The notes: generated by a model from the letters alone, not told the origin. Positions 27,823 to 43,174 are shown, counted from the first letter of the stretch. The stretch is DNA of 64,000 nucleotides from Octopus vulgaris (GCA_951406725.2 OX597816.1:12462001-12526000), one strand, 5' to 3'. Translations and numbers: made by a program.

Positions 27823-28359
27823 CATATTTATATATATACATATATATACATATATATATGTATGTATATATATATATATATACATATATATACATACATA
27901 CATATATATGTATATATATATATACATATATATATGTATATATATGTATATATATACATATCTCTTATTATAAAAGGCAGATTTTATCTGCCTCCCTTTG
28001 GGAGTTATAGAAATCTACAATATAGGATTTCTTCAATTACAATTTACCTAGCATTTTTAAGAGTACAATGCATCGCGTCATGCCAGGTCCAGTTTTTAAA
28101 ATTTAAACTCCAATTAAGCAAAATTTACAGAAAACTCACATTCTGGTGTGTATGTCAAATGTTTTTCTTAATGTGGTTTACACCACACGCAAACGCACAC
28201 ACACACAAAGGGAGCGAATTGTTTCACTGACGCTATCACCCTTCTCCTCCTTTGTCTTTGCAAGTTTGCAGCTATTAAAGTGAAAACAGTGAATCCGACA
28301 GCGATAAAGAAAACGAATTGGTACCTGAATGGAGTGAAAATTTAAAAACTGTTTCTTTC

Positions 28360-28582
28360 GGTGAGTTTTCTGAAGAAACTGGACCAAGCCACAGACTTTC
28401 CCAGAAGAGTAAAGCCTTAGACTATTTCTATTTACTTTTTCGAATGAGCCTATTTGAAATCATTACGCTAAACGTAAACAAACCGAAAGAAAGGATAGTT
28501 TGTTATTTCCCACAACCTTAAATGAAATTAAGGCCTATTTTGCCATAAATATTATTATGGGTATCAGAAAGTTACCCAGAAT
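28360..28582 (+). pseudogene. piggyBac transposase N-terminal fragment inside the Helitron
   Basis: FSEETGPSHRL..KALDYFYLLF..SLFEII, then (frameshift) FPTTLNEIKAYFAINIIMGIRKLPR. Confidence 0.78.
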
Positions 28583-29052
28583 AACAAATTCTATCGTAAA
28601 ATTTTGTTGTATAGCCAATTGAATATTAGCTAATAACCCATTTTCTATAGCGATATTTGAACAAAATTTTAATAATTTTACAGAAAGGTACCCAGAATAA
28701 CAAATTCTATCGTAAAATTTTGTTGTATACCCAATTGAATATTAGCTAATAACCCATTTTCTATAGCGATATTTGAACAAAATTTTAATAATTTTACAGA
28801 AAGTTACCCAGAATAACAAATTCTATCGTAAAATTTTGTTGTATACCCAATTGAATATTAGCTAATAACCCATTTTCTATAGCGATGTTTGAACAAAATT
28901 TTAATAATTTTACAGAAAGTTACCCAGAATAACAAATTCTATCGTAAAATTTTGTTGTATACCCAATTGAATATTAGCTAATAACCCATTTTCTATAGCG
29001 ATGTTTGAACAAAATTTTAATAATTTTACAGAAAGTTACCCAGAATAACAAA
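28565..29052. repeat. Minisatellite, about 4.2 x 116 bp
   Basis: Units start at 28565, 28681, 28797, 28913 and 29029; near-identical. Confidence 0.95.
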
Positions 29053-29569
29053 CGAGCCCTTCTGGGTATTAGCGCGCGTCTACGATGAGTCTACGATTTT
29101 AAAAAAAATTACCATCATATTTTTCCATTTTAATGCATTTTTTCGCTTTTATATAAGGGAAGTAACTCTCTAAAAATATCTACGATGTGTCAACGATTTA
29201 AAAAAAAATTTACCTTAATTTTTTTTCAATTTTTAATGCATTTTTTTGCTATTTTTTGGCTATAACTCTCTAAAAATGCTTATATAGTTATTTCCCTTAC
29301 AACCCGAGCAACGCCGGGCGATACTGCTAGTATATATATATAAATATATATATATATATGTATATATATATGGGAGCAACTGTCTTTGAAGACTCATATT
29401 GTCGTCGAATACTCGAAATAAGGAGTAGATAGACAGCAGACAACTGATGAAGGGTCGTACTTTTTGTTGCTTGTCTTGTTTTCAATTTTCCTCTCGTTGT
29501 TTGCGTATTTAATTTGCTTGTTCCCGCATTTCATGTTGTTTACAGTTGGTGACGTCCCGTACCCATATA

Positions 29570-29625
<56 letters not shown>

Positions 29626-29628
<3 letters not shown>

Positions 29629-29835
29629 CGGGAAGCTTTATGAAAATAAACAAAAGACGAAGGCAGGTGGAATATAAACAAACAATTGTATTAGTATGGC
29701 GCTCAGGGATATAAATAAAACAAGTCTTTTACGTTTCGAGCCTACGCTCTTCAACAGAAAGATACACAGAAAAGAAACACGGAGAGAAACAAGGAGAGAA
29801 AAAAAAATGCGTGCAGAAGCTAGCGAATCAACATA
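29626..29835 (-). mobile_element. Family A end with hammerhead-like motif (29725-29762)
   Basis: TCTTT-CTGTTGA-A-GAGC-GTAG-GCTC-GAAA-CG-TA-AAAGA. Confidence 0.78.
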
Positions 29836-30297
29836 TATATTCTCTTGTGTCTGGGGAGAGTCATTCTCTTTTAGTGCCTTAGAATTTAACACACTCACCG
29901 GTAAAATTTCCACTCATTTATTTATTTGTCTAAAATTTTCGTTGCGTCTTGCAACCTTTTCAATAGCTATTGACTCTGTCCGTTATCCAAGCTGCGTTAC
30001 GCGCGCCTGTGAATGTATAAGTCCTACAAGTGAATGACCTTACTCACAGCCCAAACTAAACGTGTATTTACACAAGTCTACGTTGAGACCTTTCTTCCGG
30101 GATTACTCCAGCAGTGATAGCTCTTCTCAGGTCCGGATTCGATCTAACGCATTAAGCATGTCTCTACATGTACACGCACGTACACCTACAAGCACACACT
30201 GACCCAAACACAGATATACGTGTGCGAGTGTGTTTCTGTCTGTGCTCTGTCTACGACTAAGTCACATATATAATTTTATTCCTGATAGTAATTTACT

Positions 30298-30663
30298 CGT
30301 TTACTTGTTTCAGTCATGTGACTGTGGCCATGTTGGAGCACCGCCTTTAGTCGAGCAAATCGACCCTAGGACTTATTCTTTGTAAGCCTAGTACTTATTC
30401 TATCAGTCTCTTTTGCCGAACCGCTAGCTTACGGGGACGTAAACACACCATCATCAGTTGTCAAGCGATGTTGGTGGACAAACACAGACACTCAAACACG
30501 ACGGGCTTCTTTTCAGTTTCCGTCTACCAAATTCACTCAGAAGGCTTCGGTCGGCCCAAAGCTATAGTAAATGACACTTGTCCAATGTGTCACGCAGAGG
30601 GACTGAACCCGGAACCGTGTGGTTGGTAAGCAAGCTACTTACCACACAGCCACTCCTGCGCCT
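30298..30663 (-). mobile_element. SINE family 1, with (CCCTAA)3 next to its head
   Basis: Homology to the 9158 copy. Confidence 0.9.
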
Positions 30664-31116
30664 AACCCTAACCCTAACCCTGATATGTACTGATTATTTT
30701 GAACACCATCGAGTTTTCCTAAAATTCTTCAGTAACCTTATTGTTTATCTACATTAAATACATTTTCAGCAGACAGCCATAATTGATGACAGATACTAAT
30801 GATGAGATGGCATGTTGAACTTTATAATTCTACACTCATTAATGTAATAGTTTAAAAGAAACTTCGAGAAACAAGACAAAATAACACCAACGTTTTTTTA
30901 TTACAAGATTTATACTTCAGACTATATTTTATGAAGAAATGGTAAATAATGGGGACACTACAAAATTGGTAAGACGTTATTGTACAAATGATAAACGAAA
31001 ATCGTATGTATTGGGAATTGGTTCTTGGAAACATTCATAATTGAATTTGTAATTTTATATGTATATACAAACGTGGGTGTATAAATACGTATATGCATAT
31101 ATACATACGTAAGTAA

Positions 31117-31200
<84 letters not shown>

Positions 31201-31221
31201 GTGTGTGTATCTACGTTTATG

Positions 31222-31267
<46 letters not shown>

Positions 31268-31547
31268 TGTATGTATGTATGTATGCCTGTATGTATGTTT
31301 ATGTGCGCATCTGTGTGTGTATGTATATAAATATATGTGTGTGTGCGTGTGTACATGAATATAAATGTACATGTGCATATACGCACTTACACGCATACTT
31401 ACACACATACATATATTTATATACATAACAGCCGATATAAATAGTGGTTGTTTGCGGTGGCCCGTGATACTCTTCTTCGACGAGACAGAGAGAGGAATAG
31501 ACAGACAGTCATGCAGGCAGGCAGGCAGACAGAGAGTAAGGGAACGA

Positions 31548-32010
<463 letters not shown>

Positions 32011-32552
32011 GGTGAAAGGAATACCATATTTCCCGTTCTTACCCAAAGAATACTTCCAAATTTGGGTATTGAACTGTATTATTCAATGTTGCCTGCATGT
32101 TGATGCATGAATGCATCTTAGCAAGTTATAAACGTGAGCGCGTCATTGACAATCTGCAATAACGGTGAAGTGCATCTATCGTTCTCTCGAGACACAGCTG
32201 CGATGTTATTCACCTCGCTTCGATATATAATGAGGTTTTAACACGACAAGAATATGTAGAGAATATAACAAGGAATCGAGTACAGCATGTTGCATGGTGC
32301 GGTCGTCGGTGACTAAACCGGTATCCACACTAGGCATCTTTATAGCATATCTCTAGGAGAAGTTCACTCTGATAAGACCTGATATGCAGAGAATGGCATT
32401 GAATATGTTGGGGTCATTTGCTTGCACACAAGGTCAAGATGCTCCCATATTCTTCAGCCTGCGATCCATATTGGCACAAGATATCTTTCCCTGGCTTGTC
32501 TTTGGACCATGTCAATGGGGTGGAGAGGATCTGTGAGGATTTTGTGCAAGCC

Positions 32553-32912
32553 TTATTAGCCCCGCCTTAGCAGAGGCGAAGGTACTGTTTTCAGTCGTGT
32601 TTGTTTGTTGGTTTGTTTGTCCGTAGACAAGATATCTTAAGAACCGCTCGATGGATTCCAATGAAACTTACAGGCATGTTTGGCCTCATGACTGGCACGA
32701 ACTGAATAGATTTTGGGATCGATCCGGTACTAGACAAGGATTCTAGATTATTTTTCCTGTTTTTTACTTAATTTTTAATATCGTTCGGGTTCATTTTTAG
32801 TATTCTCGTTTGTGAGAGCAGTGGAGATTATTTCAGATATTCTCATTTTAAAAATTGTTGAGAGAACGTTGGTGTTGCATTGGCGGAGGCTTGCGCAATC
32901 TAAGTGCTCTTC
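32553..32912 (+). mobile_element. Helentron-associated (HINE/DINE-1-like) element
   Basis: 5' TTAG.CCCGCC, (GTTT)n microsatellite, 3' subterminal TTGGCGGAGG and a GCGC...GTGC stem-loop. Confidence 0.7.
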
Positions 32913-33033
32913 ATGGATAAAAAATTTTAGGCTTTGCAATCATTAGCGGGGCAATTTTCTGATGTCCGGTTCAGTAGGAAGGCAATGTGGTGAGCATGAA
33001 TTTGAATATGTATATTTACACACACACAGACAC

Positions 33034-33075
<42 letters not shown>

Positions 33076-33183
33076 GCACACACATATATATATATATAAA
33101 TATGTATACATATACAAACTTAGATAAACTTAGAGGTTTCGACCAAAGATTGGTCCAGGCCATGTCTAACTTAATAGCACCAC

Positions 33184-33217
<34 letters not shown>

Positions 33218-33281
33218 CGCGGCCTTCGGGCTAAAACATTTTTAAGGATTTATATATATATATATATATATACATGTATAT

Positions 33282-33481
33282 ATAACGGGAAAGTTTACGA
33301 AAATAAACAAAAGACGAAGGCAGGTGGAGTACAAACAAACAAATGTATTAGTATAGCGCTCAGGAATAGAAATAGAAAAACTCTTTTACGTTTCGAGCCT
33401 ACGCTCTTCGACAGAAAAATACACAGAAAAAAACAAGAGAGAAAAATATGCGTGTAGGAGTTAACGATCTATCATGGCGTC
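33282..33481 (-). mobile_element. Family A end with hammerhead-like motif (33382-33419)
   Basis: TTTT-CTGTCGA-A-GAGCGTAGGCTC-GAAACGTA-AAAGA; (TA)n on both sides. Confidence 0.78.
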
Positions 33482-33949
33482 TATATATATATGTACATGT
33501 AATTACATATATGCTTGTATTTATCCGTTTAACTCTTATATACTTAGGTGAGCGTGAATATTGTTTTTCCTTTTTCCATTTTTCAAAACAAATTGATTTC
33601 TAATTTGTCTTTTCCTGCTATATACTTGAAATATATTTTTTTTAATTCATTAAAATCTATACGTAATTTCCCAACTGTAACAATTTCTGTACTGTATTTT
33701 CCGCCATTTTCCGCTTGTTTAAATTACTGTTTATTTCTAATATTTCTTTGAAAAAGAGTGTTCTGGAAGGCTGCTTGGTCTGCAAACGTTTTTTTCTCTT
33801 CATTGTCCAAGTAAGTGAGTCATTTTACACTGTGTTATTGCTACGGCTTATGGTTTCCTATTTATTTCCGATTAGTTAACTCAATGTCTTAGTCATGTGT
33901 GGTTACCGGAGATATGTGGTTCCTGTGTGTATGTGTGGATTTACTCATT

Positions 33950-34169
33950 TTTACTCTTTTACTTGTTTCAGTCATTTGACTGCGGCCATGCTGGAGCACC
34001 GCCTTTAGTCGAACAAACCGACCCCAGGACTTATTCTTTGTAAGCCTAGTACTTATTCTATCAGTGTCTTTTGCCGAACCGCTAAGTTACGGGGACGTAA
34101 TCACACCAGCATCGGTTGTCAAGCGATGTTGGGGGGGGGTCAAGCGCAGACACACAAACACAAACACAT

Positions 34170-34204
<35 letters not shown>

Positions 34205-34375
34205 CTTATATACGCCGAGCTTCTTTCAGTTTCCGTTTACCAAATCCACTCAGAAGGCTTTGGTCGGCCCGAGGCTATAGTAGAAGACACTTGCCCAAGC
34301 TGCCTCGCAGTGGGTCTGAACCCGGAACCATGTGGTTCGTAAGCAAGCTACTTACCACACAGCCACTCCTACGCT
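33950..34375 (-). mobile_element. SINE family 1, full length
   Basis: Homology to the 9158 copy. Confidence 0.92.
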
Positions 34376-34912
34376 TATGTGTGTATTTATTCAGTTTATT
34401 ATAGAGAAAGAACTAGTTTCTAACCTATATCCAAGGTCCCTTCATTGGAATTTCAACATCAACAACAGGGTATGTTTATGTATGTATGTATGTATGCATT
34501 TATGTATGTACGTATGTATGCATGTGTGTATGTATGTATGTGTAGATTTGTATGTTTTGTAATTATATATGTATATATTATCTATTCACACACACAAACA
34601 CACTCATAATGACATATATATTCGTTTACTCTCAATATACTTACTCACGCGCGCACACACACACACACACACACATAGACTTTTGTATTTATCCATATCT
34701 CGTTCTTTCTCTCACTCTTTATATATGCACAGATGTGTGTATGTGTGTATGTATACACGCATTCGCATTTACATATATTTTTTATATTATGTGTAGTTAT
34801 CCCCCTCTCTCCATCTCTCGCTGTGTATGTGTATATATATATATATATACACACACATACATACATACATATGTACACACACAGACGCACACACACATAC
34901 ATATATATATAC

Positions 34913-35163
34913 TTTTATTTGTTTAAGTCATTTGACTTCGGCCATGCTGGAGCACCGCCTTTAGTCGAACGAATCGGCCCCACAACTTATTCTTTGTGAG
35001 CTTAGTACTTATCCTATCGTTCTCTTTTGCCGAACCGCTAAGTTACGAGGTCATAAACACACCAACATCGGTTGTCAAGCGATGATGGGAGACAAACACG
35101 ACACACCAACATATACACGCGCACAAACATATACTCACATACATACATACATACATACATACA

Positions 35164-35196
<33 letters not shown>

Positions 35197-35340
35197 GTAT
35201 ATATATATATGATGGGCTTCTTTCAGTTTCCGTCTACCAAGTTCACTCATAAGGCTTTGGTCGGTCCGAGGCTATAGCAGAAAACACTTGATCAAGGTGC
35301 CACCACTCAGTGGCACTGAACCCGGAGCCATCTGGCTGGG
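34913..35340 (-). mobile_element. SINE family 1 with internal (TACA)n
   Basis: Homology to the 9158 copy. Confidence 0.88.
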
Positions 35341-37629
35341 AGGAATTTTGTAAAGAGCTTGCTACTGGAAGTACTGACAATCTAAAGCTCCACTTACCAG
35401 ACACCAGTATGTTTCAAGGGTTTTCAGGAGACCATGCACAGCATTCAGTGCCATCTTGTGGGTGTTTTTACAGCGCCTCACCCATCCCTGATCACTCACT
35501 GATGTGACACTTTAACTTCATGTCGCTTACTCTGAAGGAGCTGCAGCCGAAGTATTTAGCAATCCACTGCAGTTTGACTAAACCATCAGTTTCATGTAAG
35601 ATTATGCACGCAAAATAAACTTGTAATAACAATATTGATGTAAAGATTGTTTGCCACCATAACAGGGCAATCCTGGTTTAGGACGAATGTTGCTGTTATT
35701 TAGCTCCAGGAGACGTCGTCTCCAGCTGGCCACACGACACGATCTGTGTCTTTGTATTTTCGAAATCACAAGAAAGAGAAATCACATTGGCTATCTAGTT
35801 TAAAAATGCAAGAAAGAGAAACCACATTGGAACAGTCATAATTGTACTATCGAGAAAAAGACAGTCACATCAACTTGAATGTCTTTAACCATAAGTCTGC
35901 TTAGACGAACCGGAACTGGAGTTAAACAGTAACAATAATATAGTTTATTTATTCATGTCATGAACAAATTCTTAAGTTAATTCATTTTGCTTACGAAATG
36001 ATATTCGTAAATATAAAGAGCAGAAGATTTTCTTCATTTCTTTTCTCTTGACAAAACTTAACTAATCTCTTTAGAATAAAAGTTTTCAACAATTGTTGTG
36101 AGCAAAGCAACAAAATAGCAACACAAAGTATTTAAGCGAAACACAGATCTACTGGAAACTTAGCATTCAAATCTCATACTAAAGGGCTTTAAATTTTGAG
36201 GGTTCCGCTGGTAAAAATGTTATTGCCTTTGACATCAACTTCTCCTTTAACCGTTTCATCTCATAATTAAGTTTCCCATTATTAAAGAGCTTCACATTAA
36301 TTTTTTCTCGGTTCCCTTATCTTAGATGCGATGTTTTTTATTACACTGTAGCAGATTCGAAACCAAATTGCTGAATAACTGTGCAATCGTCAAGGCTGGT
36401 CACAGCCATTTCACGTGATTTGCCGATTAACTGACCAATCAGCATCGAGCCATCACATGATTCGACCGTCTAGAACTTCCTCTTTGTAGCTTTGGCACCA
36501 AACTCTTTGTAGAATGTTGAAGTCTACTGAGCGAAGCACACCCACCCGGCTCCTGTCAGAGATATTTGTACAGTGTTGAGACGGGCCAACTCATTCACAC
36601 GTATCACCTCTTGCTATGTTAAGACAGCTGTGCAATGTGTCTCCATTCTTGCCACAGATTGACGATTCAAGAAGAAAGTTAGGACATAACGCAGATAGAT
36701 AACAGGGAACCCTGCAGCCACGAATACAACATAATTGTTTCCAGTTAGGTTGGGTCAGCCACAGGTTGATACATCAGTAATTTTACCGTAAACCCGAAGC
36801 AGTATATCGCTCCCAGTATGTAATTTATTACTGATGTTATTTCTAAAACAGCAACGTATATAAACTCTATGCGCAACAATAAAATCTTCCGTTAAACATT
36901 CGTGGGTATTATCAGTTACTTCGTGCAGCCCCAAAAACACATCTTCATTCATCAGTTCAATTAGTGATCACCTCAGATCAGGCAACAACATCCCTCTCAA
37001 TGATCCTATGATAGGGACATATCATTTTAGTCCTTTCAAAAGCTTAAGAAAACTCCTACAGTTACGTAAAGTGTTTCATAACATCCTCCTGGCTTTTAAA
37101 CGGCAGAAAATCATCGTCACCTTCACTTATTAGTCCCCACAAATGCTAAGCGTTAGAACATCTAATGAACTCTCGTAATAACCTCAGGTATAAACTTTGC
37201 TAAATCTGGAATCTAATGTTTAAATATGCATATTAAAGGTACCAAGCCACAAAACAGCTAACATTCCCTCATAATTGGTGTGAAGTCATATGACAATTAC
37301 TCACAGAACAAATCCTGCCAGCGTAAGTAGCAAAATATATCAAAAGAAAAGAAGAAAAAAAGGCTTATGGCAATCTCCCAGAGGAGAGTGTCAAAAACGG
37401 GGGAGATAATTCATGAGCAATAATTCAGATTCATGGCTTTTATCAAAGAGATTACTAAATGGGCTGAGCTATAAATATATTACATTAATGACGGTCTTGA
37501 GTGGTGTCGAGTTGTCCTCTGTGGCCTGTGCAATTTACTATAATAGAAATTACTCTCTCTTGCTATTAAACAATAAATGCGGTAACTGGCACCATTGCTG
37601 TGTTCGTTGACAATGAGGTTTATCAACTC

Positions 37630-37890
37630 CCACCACCACCACCACCACCACCACCACCACCACCACCACTACTACTACCGTCAAAACCCACCAAAACCAC
37701 CACCACCACCACCAAACCACCACCACCACCAACACCACCAACACCAACACCAACACCACCACCACCACCATTAACTCCACCATCACTAACGAAAATTCCT
37801 TGCAAAGACAACAACGTTGGTGTCTCTACTGTCACTAATACTCCCATCAACAATGCCACCACCACCACCACCAACAACAACAACAATAAC
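37630..37890. repeat. (CCA)n/(CAA)n tract
   Basis: Direct reading; source of the poly-P and poly-V ORFs. Confidence 0.95.
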
Positions 37891-37892
37891 AG

Positions 37893-38207
37893 TGGAGGCG
37901 CAATGGCCCAGTGGTTAGGGCAGCGGACTCGCGGTCGTAAGAACGCGGTTTCGATTCCCAGACCGGGCTTTGTGAGTGTTTATTGAGCAAAAACACCTAA
38001 GCTCCACGAGGCTCCGGCGGGGCAGGTGGTGAACACCACTGTACTCTTTCACCAAAACATTCTCTCACTCTTTCTTCCTACTTCTGCCACAAAGCGTAGG
38101 AACCATGGTGTAACCCACTACGGTGTGGTAAACTTTCAGACCCTAGTCTACATTGTGAATCCTCTGTACCCCAGGATGGTTCAGCTCTCCACCCGTTAAA
38201 AGCCACC
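37893..38207 (+). mobile_element. SINE family 3 head with an alternative body
   Basis: GGAGGCGCAATGGCCCAGTGGTTAGGG head; body shared only with the 42562 copy. Confidence 0.85.
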
Positions 38208-38734
38208 TCCTCCTCATTATCATCATCATCATCCTTATCATCCTCTCTCCTCCTCCTCCACTTCATCATCTGCATCAACGTCAGCATTACTGAAACAAAT
38301 CAATCTGATGCATTTATACCTATGTGAGTGTGTTTGTGTATATGTATGTGTGTGCGTGTGTGTATGTGTGTGCGTGTGTGTGTGTATGTATGTATGTGCA
38401 TACCATATTCGCTATCAATCCATCGATCTCACCTTTCTCCCATTATCGATATTCTCATCCACACTCACATCGTTATTATTTTAATTAATTAATAACATCT
38501 GCCCCAAATTACTCGCTGTGCCACTAGTACGTTGCTCGATATAACAAAACTAATAGCCTAATCGCCTTCATGTGACACTTCAAGACAGGAATGGATAACG
38601 GAAGACATGGCACTAAGAGTAGTTGAGAGAAAAAGACGTGAATGTCTTTCTTCGATAATCTTTGATCTTATTTTGTCTGCTCAGGAAACACTTGGGTACA
38701 AAGTTGGTTCGTATCATGCCGTGTTTGAATTGTG

Positions 38735-39843
<1,109 letters not shown>

Positions 39844-40337
39844 CCACTTTGTATATATGTATGCATGTATGTACGTACGTATGCATACATATTCACAGTC
39901 ATTCTATGTTCACTAAAATCACATATTTTCCCCTTATGGCGGCTTGCAGTATTTTACTCTTTCCGTCTATTATTTCACTCAATACATTTCGTATGAGGCC
40001 CCAACCACACACGCTCTCTCCTTCACTCCCTATCTCTCTCTCTCTTTCACACGCACACACATACACAGACACACACACGCTCGCTTGAATTTATTTCTCT
40101 ATGCGTTTGTTCATCTCACTACTTTACTACCTTTATAACTCTTCAAACACCATTTTATCTTTTAGTCTTTTTATAGACATGTACAGTGTTACTACGGTTA
40201 CTTCCCAAATCTAGAACAGTCAATATTCTGCCGGTATATATATATGTGTATGTGTGTGTACGTATGTGTATGTATGTATGTATCTATCTATATATATGTG
40301 TGTGTATATATATGTATGTATGTATGTGTATATAAAT

Positions 40338-40617
40338 CACCGTGATCACCGTGACCGACCAGACTATCAGATGTTGCTACACATCGCTGGTCACAATGCG
40401 CTTTGCATTGTTTTAGCCTTCAGCGAGCAGGCCAAACAGAAGGAAGAGCGAGAGAAAGTTGTGGCGAAAGAGTACTGCAGGGACCGCCACCAACCCCTGC
40501 CGGAGCCTCGAGGAGCTTTAGGTGTTTTCGCTCAATAAACACACACAACGCCCGGTCTGGGAATCGAAACCGCAATCCTACGACCGCGAGTCCGCTGCCC
40601 TAACCACTGGGCCTCCA
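40338..40617 (-). mobile_element. SINE family 3 variant
   Basis: Reverse complement of the family 3 head. Confidence 0.85.
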
Positions 40618-40635
40618 CATGTGTATGTACGCTGC

Positions 40636-40666
<31 letters not shown>

Positions 40667-40840
40667 CAAAATGGGACAACAAAACATCCAGATAGACGAT
40701 ATAAAGAAAACAAGGACGGGTCATTCGAAGTTTTCTATCTTCAGTCAAGTACCAGAGTATCCTAGCAATTTTAGACAAAAACAGATAGCAAAGCCAAGGC
40801 TGTGAGGAGTTTTCAGGATATCTATAAGGAAAGAAATATT

Positions 40841-40888
40841 TTCTTACGGCTGTTTCTGGGATATTATGGACATCCCTTCATCAGAGAC
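40841..40888 (-). ncRNA. Hammerhead-like motif, family C, canonical CTGATGA core
   Basis: GTCT-CTGATGA-a-GGGATGT-ccata-ATATCCC-a-GAAA-CAGCCG-TA-AGAA. Confidence 0.72.
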
Positions 40889-41082
40889 GATGTGATAGAG
40901 GTAACTGTTTGAGTTCGAAATAAGGAATTATTATGGAAAAGAAGGAGGTATGGAATACAGATGGAAATAAGAGAATGAAAGTAGAAATAGCATATAAAAT
41001 ATTGTAGTTGTAGTTCCATTATTCGAGTGGGTCTTCAAGATACCAATACCTTAGATATATATATATCTATATACCTTATATA

Positions 41083-41448
41083 CAGTGGCGGCCAAAATGC
41101 TCAGAACGGCATTGTTTACGTCAGAAAAGTAGATATAATTTTTTATCAAAGTTGTTTTATATTCTATAATTTTCACAGACAATAAATACGATATTATTTG
41201 TTATTGCCTGAGATTTCTGTGTGATTTGAGAGGATAATACAAAAGCTATGGATGGCCGCCATGGGTTTTGCAGTAAATCACTAAATCATCCATAACTTTT
41301 GTATTACCCTCTCATATTACACCAAAATCTCAGACAATAACAAATAATATTGTATCTATTGTCTGTGAATATAAAACTACTTTGATAAAAACTTATACTT
41401 ATTTTTCTGACGAAAACAATGCCGTTCTGAACATTTTGGCCGCAACTG
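41083..41448. mobile_element. Tc1-like fold-back MITE
   Basis: TA|CAGTGGCGGCCAAAATG...CATTTTGGCCGCAACTG|TA; imperfect arms of ~165 bp. Confidence 0.88.
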
Positions 41449-41464
41449 TATATATATATAAAGC

Positions 41465-41791
41465 GCGTGAAGGAGCGTAGCTTAATGGTTAGGACATTCG
41501 GCTCACGATTGCAAGGTCGTGAGTTCAATTCCTGGTGGCGCGTTGTGCCCTTGAGCAAGACGATTTATTTCATGCTGCTCCAGTCCACTCAGCTGGCAAA
41601 AATCAGTTGTATCAGTATTTCAAAAGGGCCAGCCTTGTTCCACTCTGTGTCGCGCCTAATCTCCCCGAGAACTACGTTAGGGGTACACATGTCTGTGGAG
41701 TGCTCAGCCACTTGCATGTTAATTTAACGAGGAAGCTGTTCCGTTGATCGTATCAGCTGGGACCCTCGTCGTCGGTTACGACGGAGTGCCA

Positions 41792-41846
<55 letters not shown>

Positions 41847-41958
41847 TGTTAAAGGCACACTTGTCCGTGGAATGCTCAGCCACCTGCTCATTAATTTCAC
41901 AAACAGGCCGTTTCGTTTTGCGTTTCGGATCACTCGTCGTCGTAACCGACGGAGTGCC
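41465..41958 (+). mobile_element. SINE related to family 3, plus a duplicated tail after (TA)n
   Basis: A/B boxes; tail CTCGTCGTC..ACGGAGTGCC occurs twice. Confidence 0.8.
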
Positions 41959-42561
41959 CGTTTACCATCTCTAACTAACTTCTATTACTGTTCTTAAGTA
42001 TTGTGCCCTCAGTCCTGCCTTACTAATTCTTGGTATTCTTCATAAATCACCAAACACAGAAAATCTTTGTCTGTCAGATATTTTTGAAGAGTGCAATATT
42101 CTCACCCATAAATTGCTATTGCAAATATACAAAAAAAAAACCAGTAGTTCGATCTTGATATTTTGACGATGGTTTAGCCGACCGAAGCTTCGAAGTTACT
42201 GTCAATAATACTCATGTTTAAGAATAATAAATATTTTACTTGTAGACAGATTTTTTTTCCAAATGAAGAATAAAAAAGACGGAAGCAGTTTTTGGTATTG
42301 AAATTCTTTTTTGTATCACTTCGCTGCCATCACATTGATTTCTAATAATTCTTCCCAGATACCAAAACCTCATACACAGCTTTGACAGTTAGATTATCAA
42401 TTATTATGGGATATTCTTGATCTTGTGCTCCTGAGATAATCGTTGATTCACTTTTGCCAATATTTATGATTAAAACTAATTCGTCACTTTTCTCTCTTCC
42501 ATTCATCATCCCAAACCGCAATTCTTCTCAGCTGCAACCAATAAGGACAGCATCATCGGAG

Positions 42562-43160
42562 GTGGAGGTGCAATGGCTCAGTGGTTAGGGCAGCGGAATC
42601 GCGGCCGTAAGAATGCGGTTTCGATTCCCAGACCGTGAATTGTGAGTGTTTATTGAGCAAAAACACCTTAGCTCTGCGAGGCTCCGGCGGGGGCGGGTGG
42701 TGAACCCCGCTGTACTCTTTCACCACGAATTTCTCTCAATCTTTCTTCCTACTTCTGCCACAAAGCAGTGGAACCATGGTGTAACCCATTATGGTGTGGT
42801 GAATTTTCAAACCCTAGTCTAGATTGCGAATCCTGTATACCTCAAGATGGTTCATCTCTCCACCCGTTAAAAGCCAGCGTTTACGGAATGAGGATAACAA
42901 CGTAGCTTTCGCGCCCGTGCAACCGCCAGTCTATCGCGTGTGGTGGGTGGATCTTCAAGTTGCCACATGCATTCTTAGTAGCTTAGAGTAGGCTCAAATT
43001 AGAGATTATTCTTTGTGGCTAATGACGTGAGTCCTGATTGGAAGTAGAAGAAGAAGCAGAAGAAGAAGAAGAAGAAGAAGAAGAAGAAGAAGAAGAAGAA
43101 GAAGAAGAAGAAGAAGAAGAAGAAGAAGAAGAAGAAGAAGAAGAAGAAGAAGAAGAAGAA
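42562..43160 (+). mobile_element. SINE family 3 head with alternative body, running into (GAA)n
   Basis: Homologous to 37893-38207 and extended 3' to the (GAA)n tract. Confidence 0.75.
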
Positions 43161-43174
43161 GCATCGGCGTATCT

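Larger units (their letters stand above)
27961..29330 (+). mobile_element. Non-autonomous Helitron
   Basis: A|TC 5' end; 3' hairpin CCCGAGCAACGCCGGG followed by CTAG|T; no TSD. Confidence 0.88.

Noticed and set aside
28565-29052. CRISPR-like array
   Set aside because: Units are contiguous and near-identical with no unique spacers; eukaryotic context; no cas genes.
29370-29565. TA-docked element with TTGAAGA and CTGATGA words
   Set aside because: Probably another Penelope-type end, but I could not build a consistent hammerhead fold.
30661-30681. Telomere or chromosome-fusion site
   Set aside because: Only three CCCTAA units; the other arrays are inside MITEs.
36540-36960. Possible Tc1/mariner transposase remnant on the minus strand
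   Set aside because: Only faint similarity across several frameshifts; needs an HMM search.
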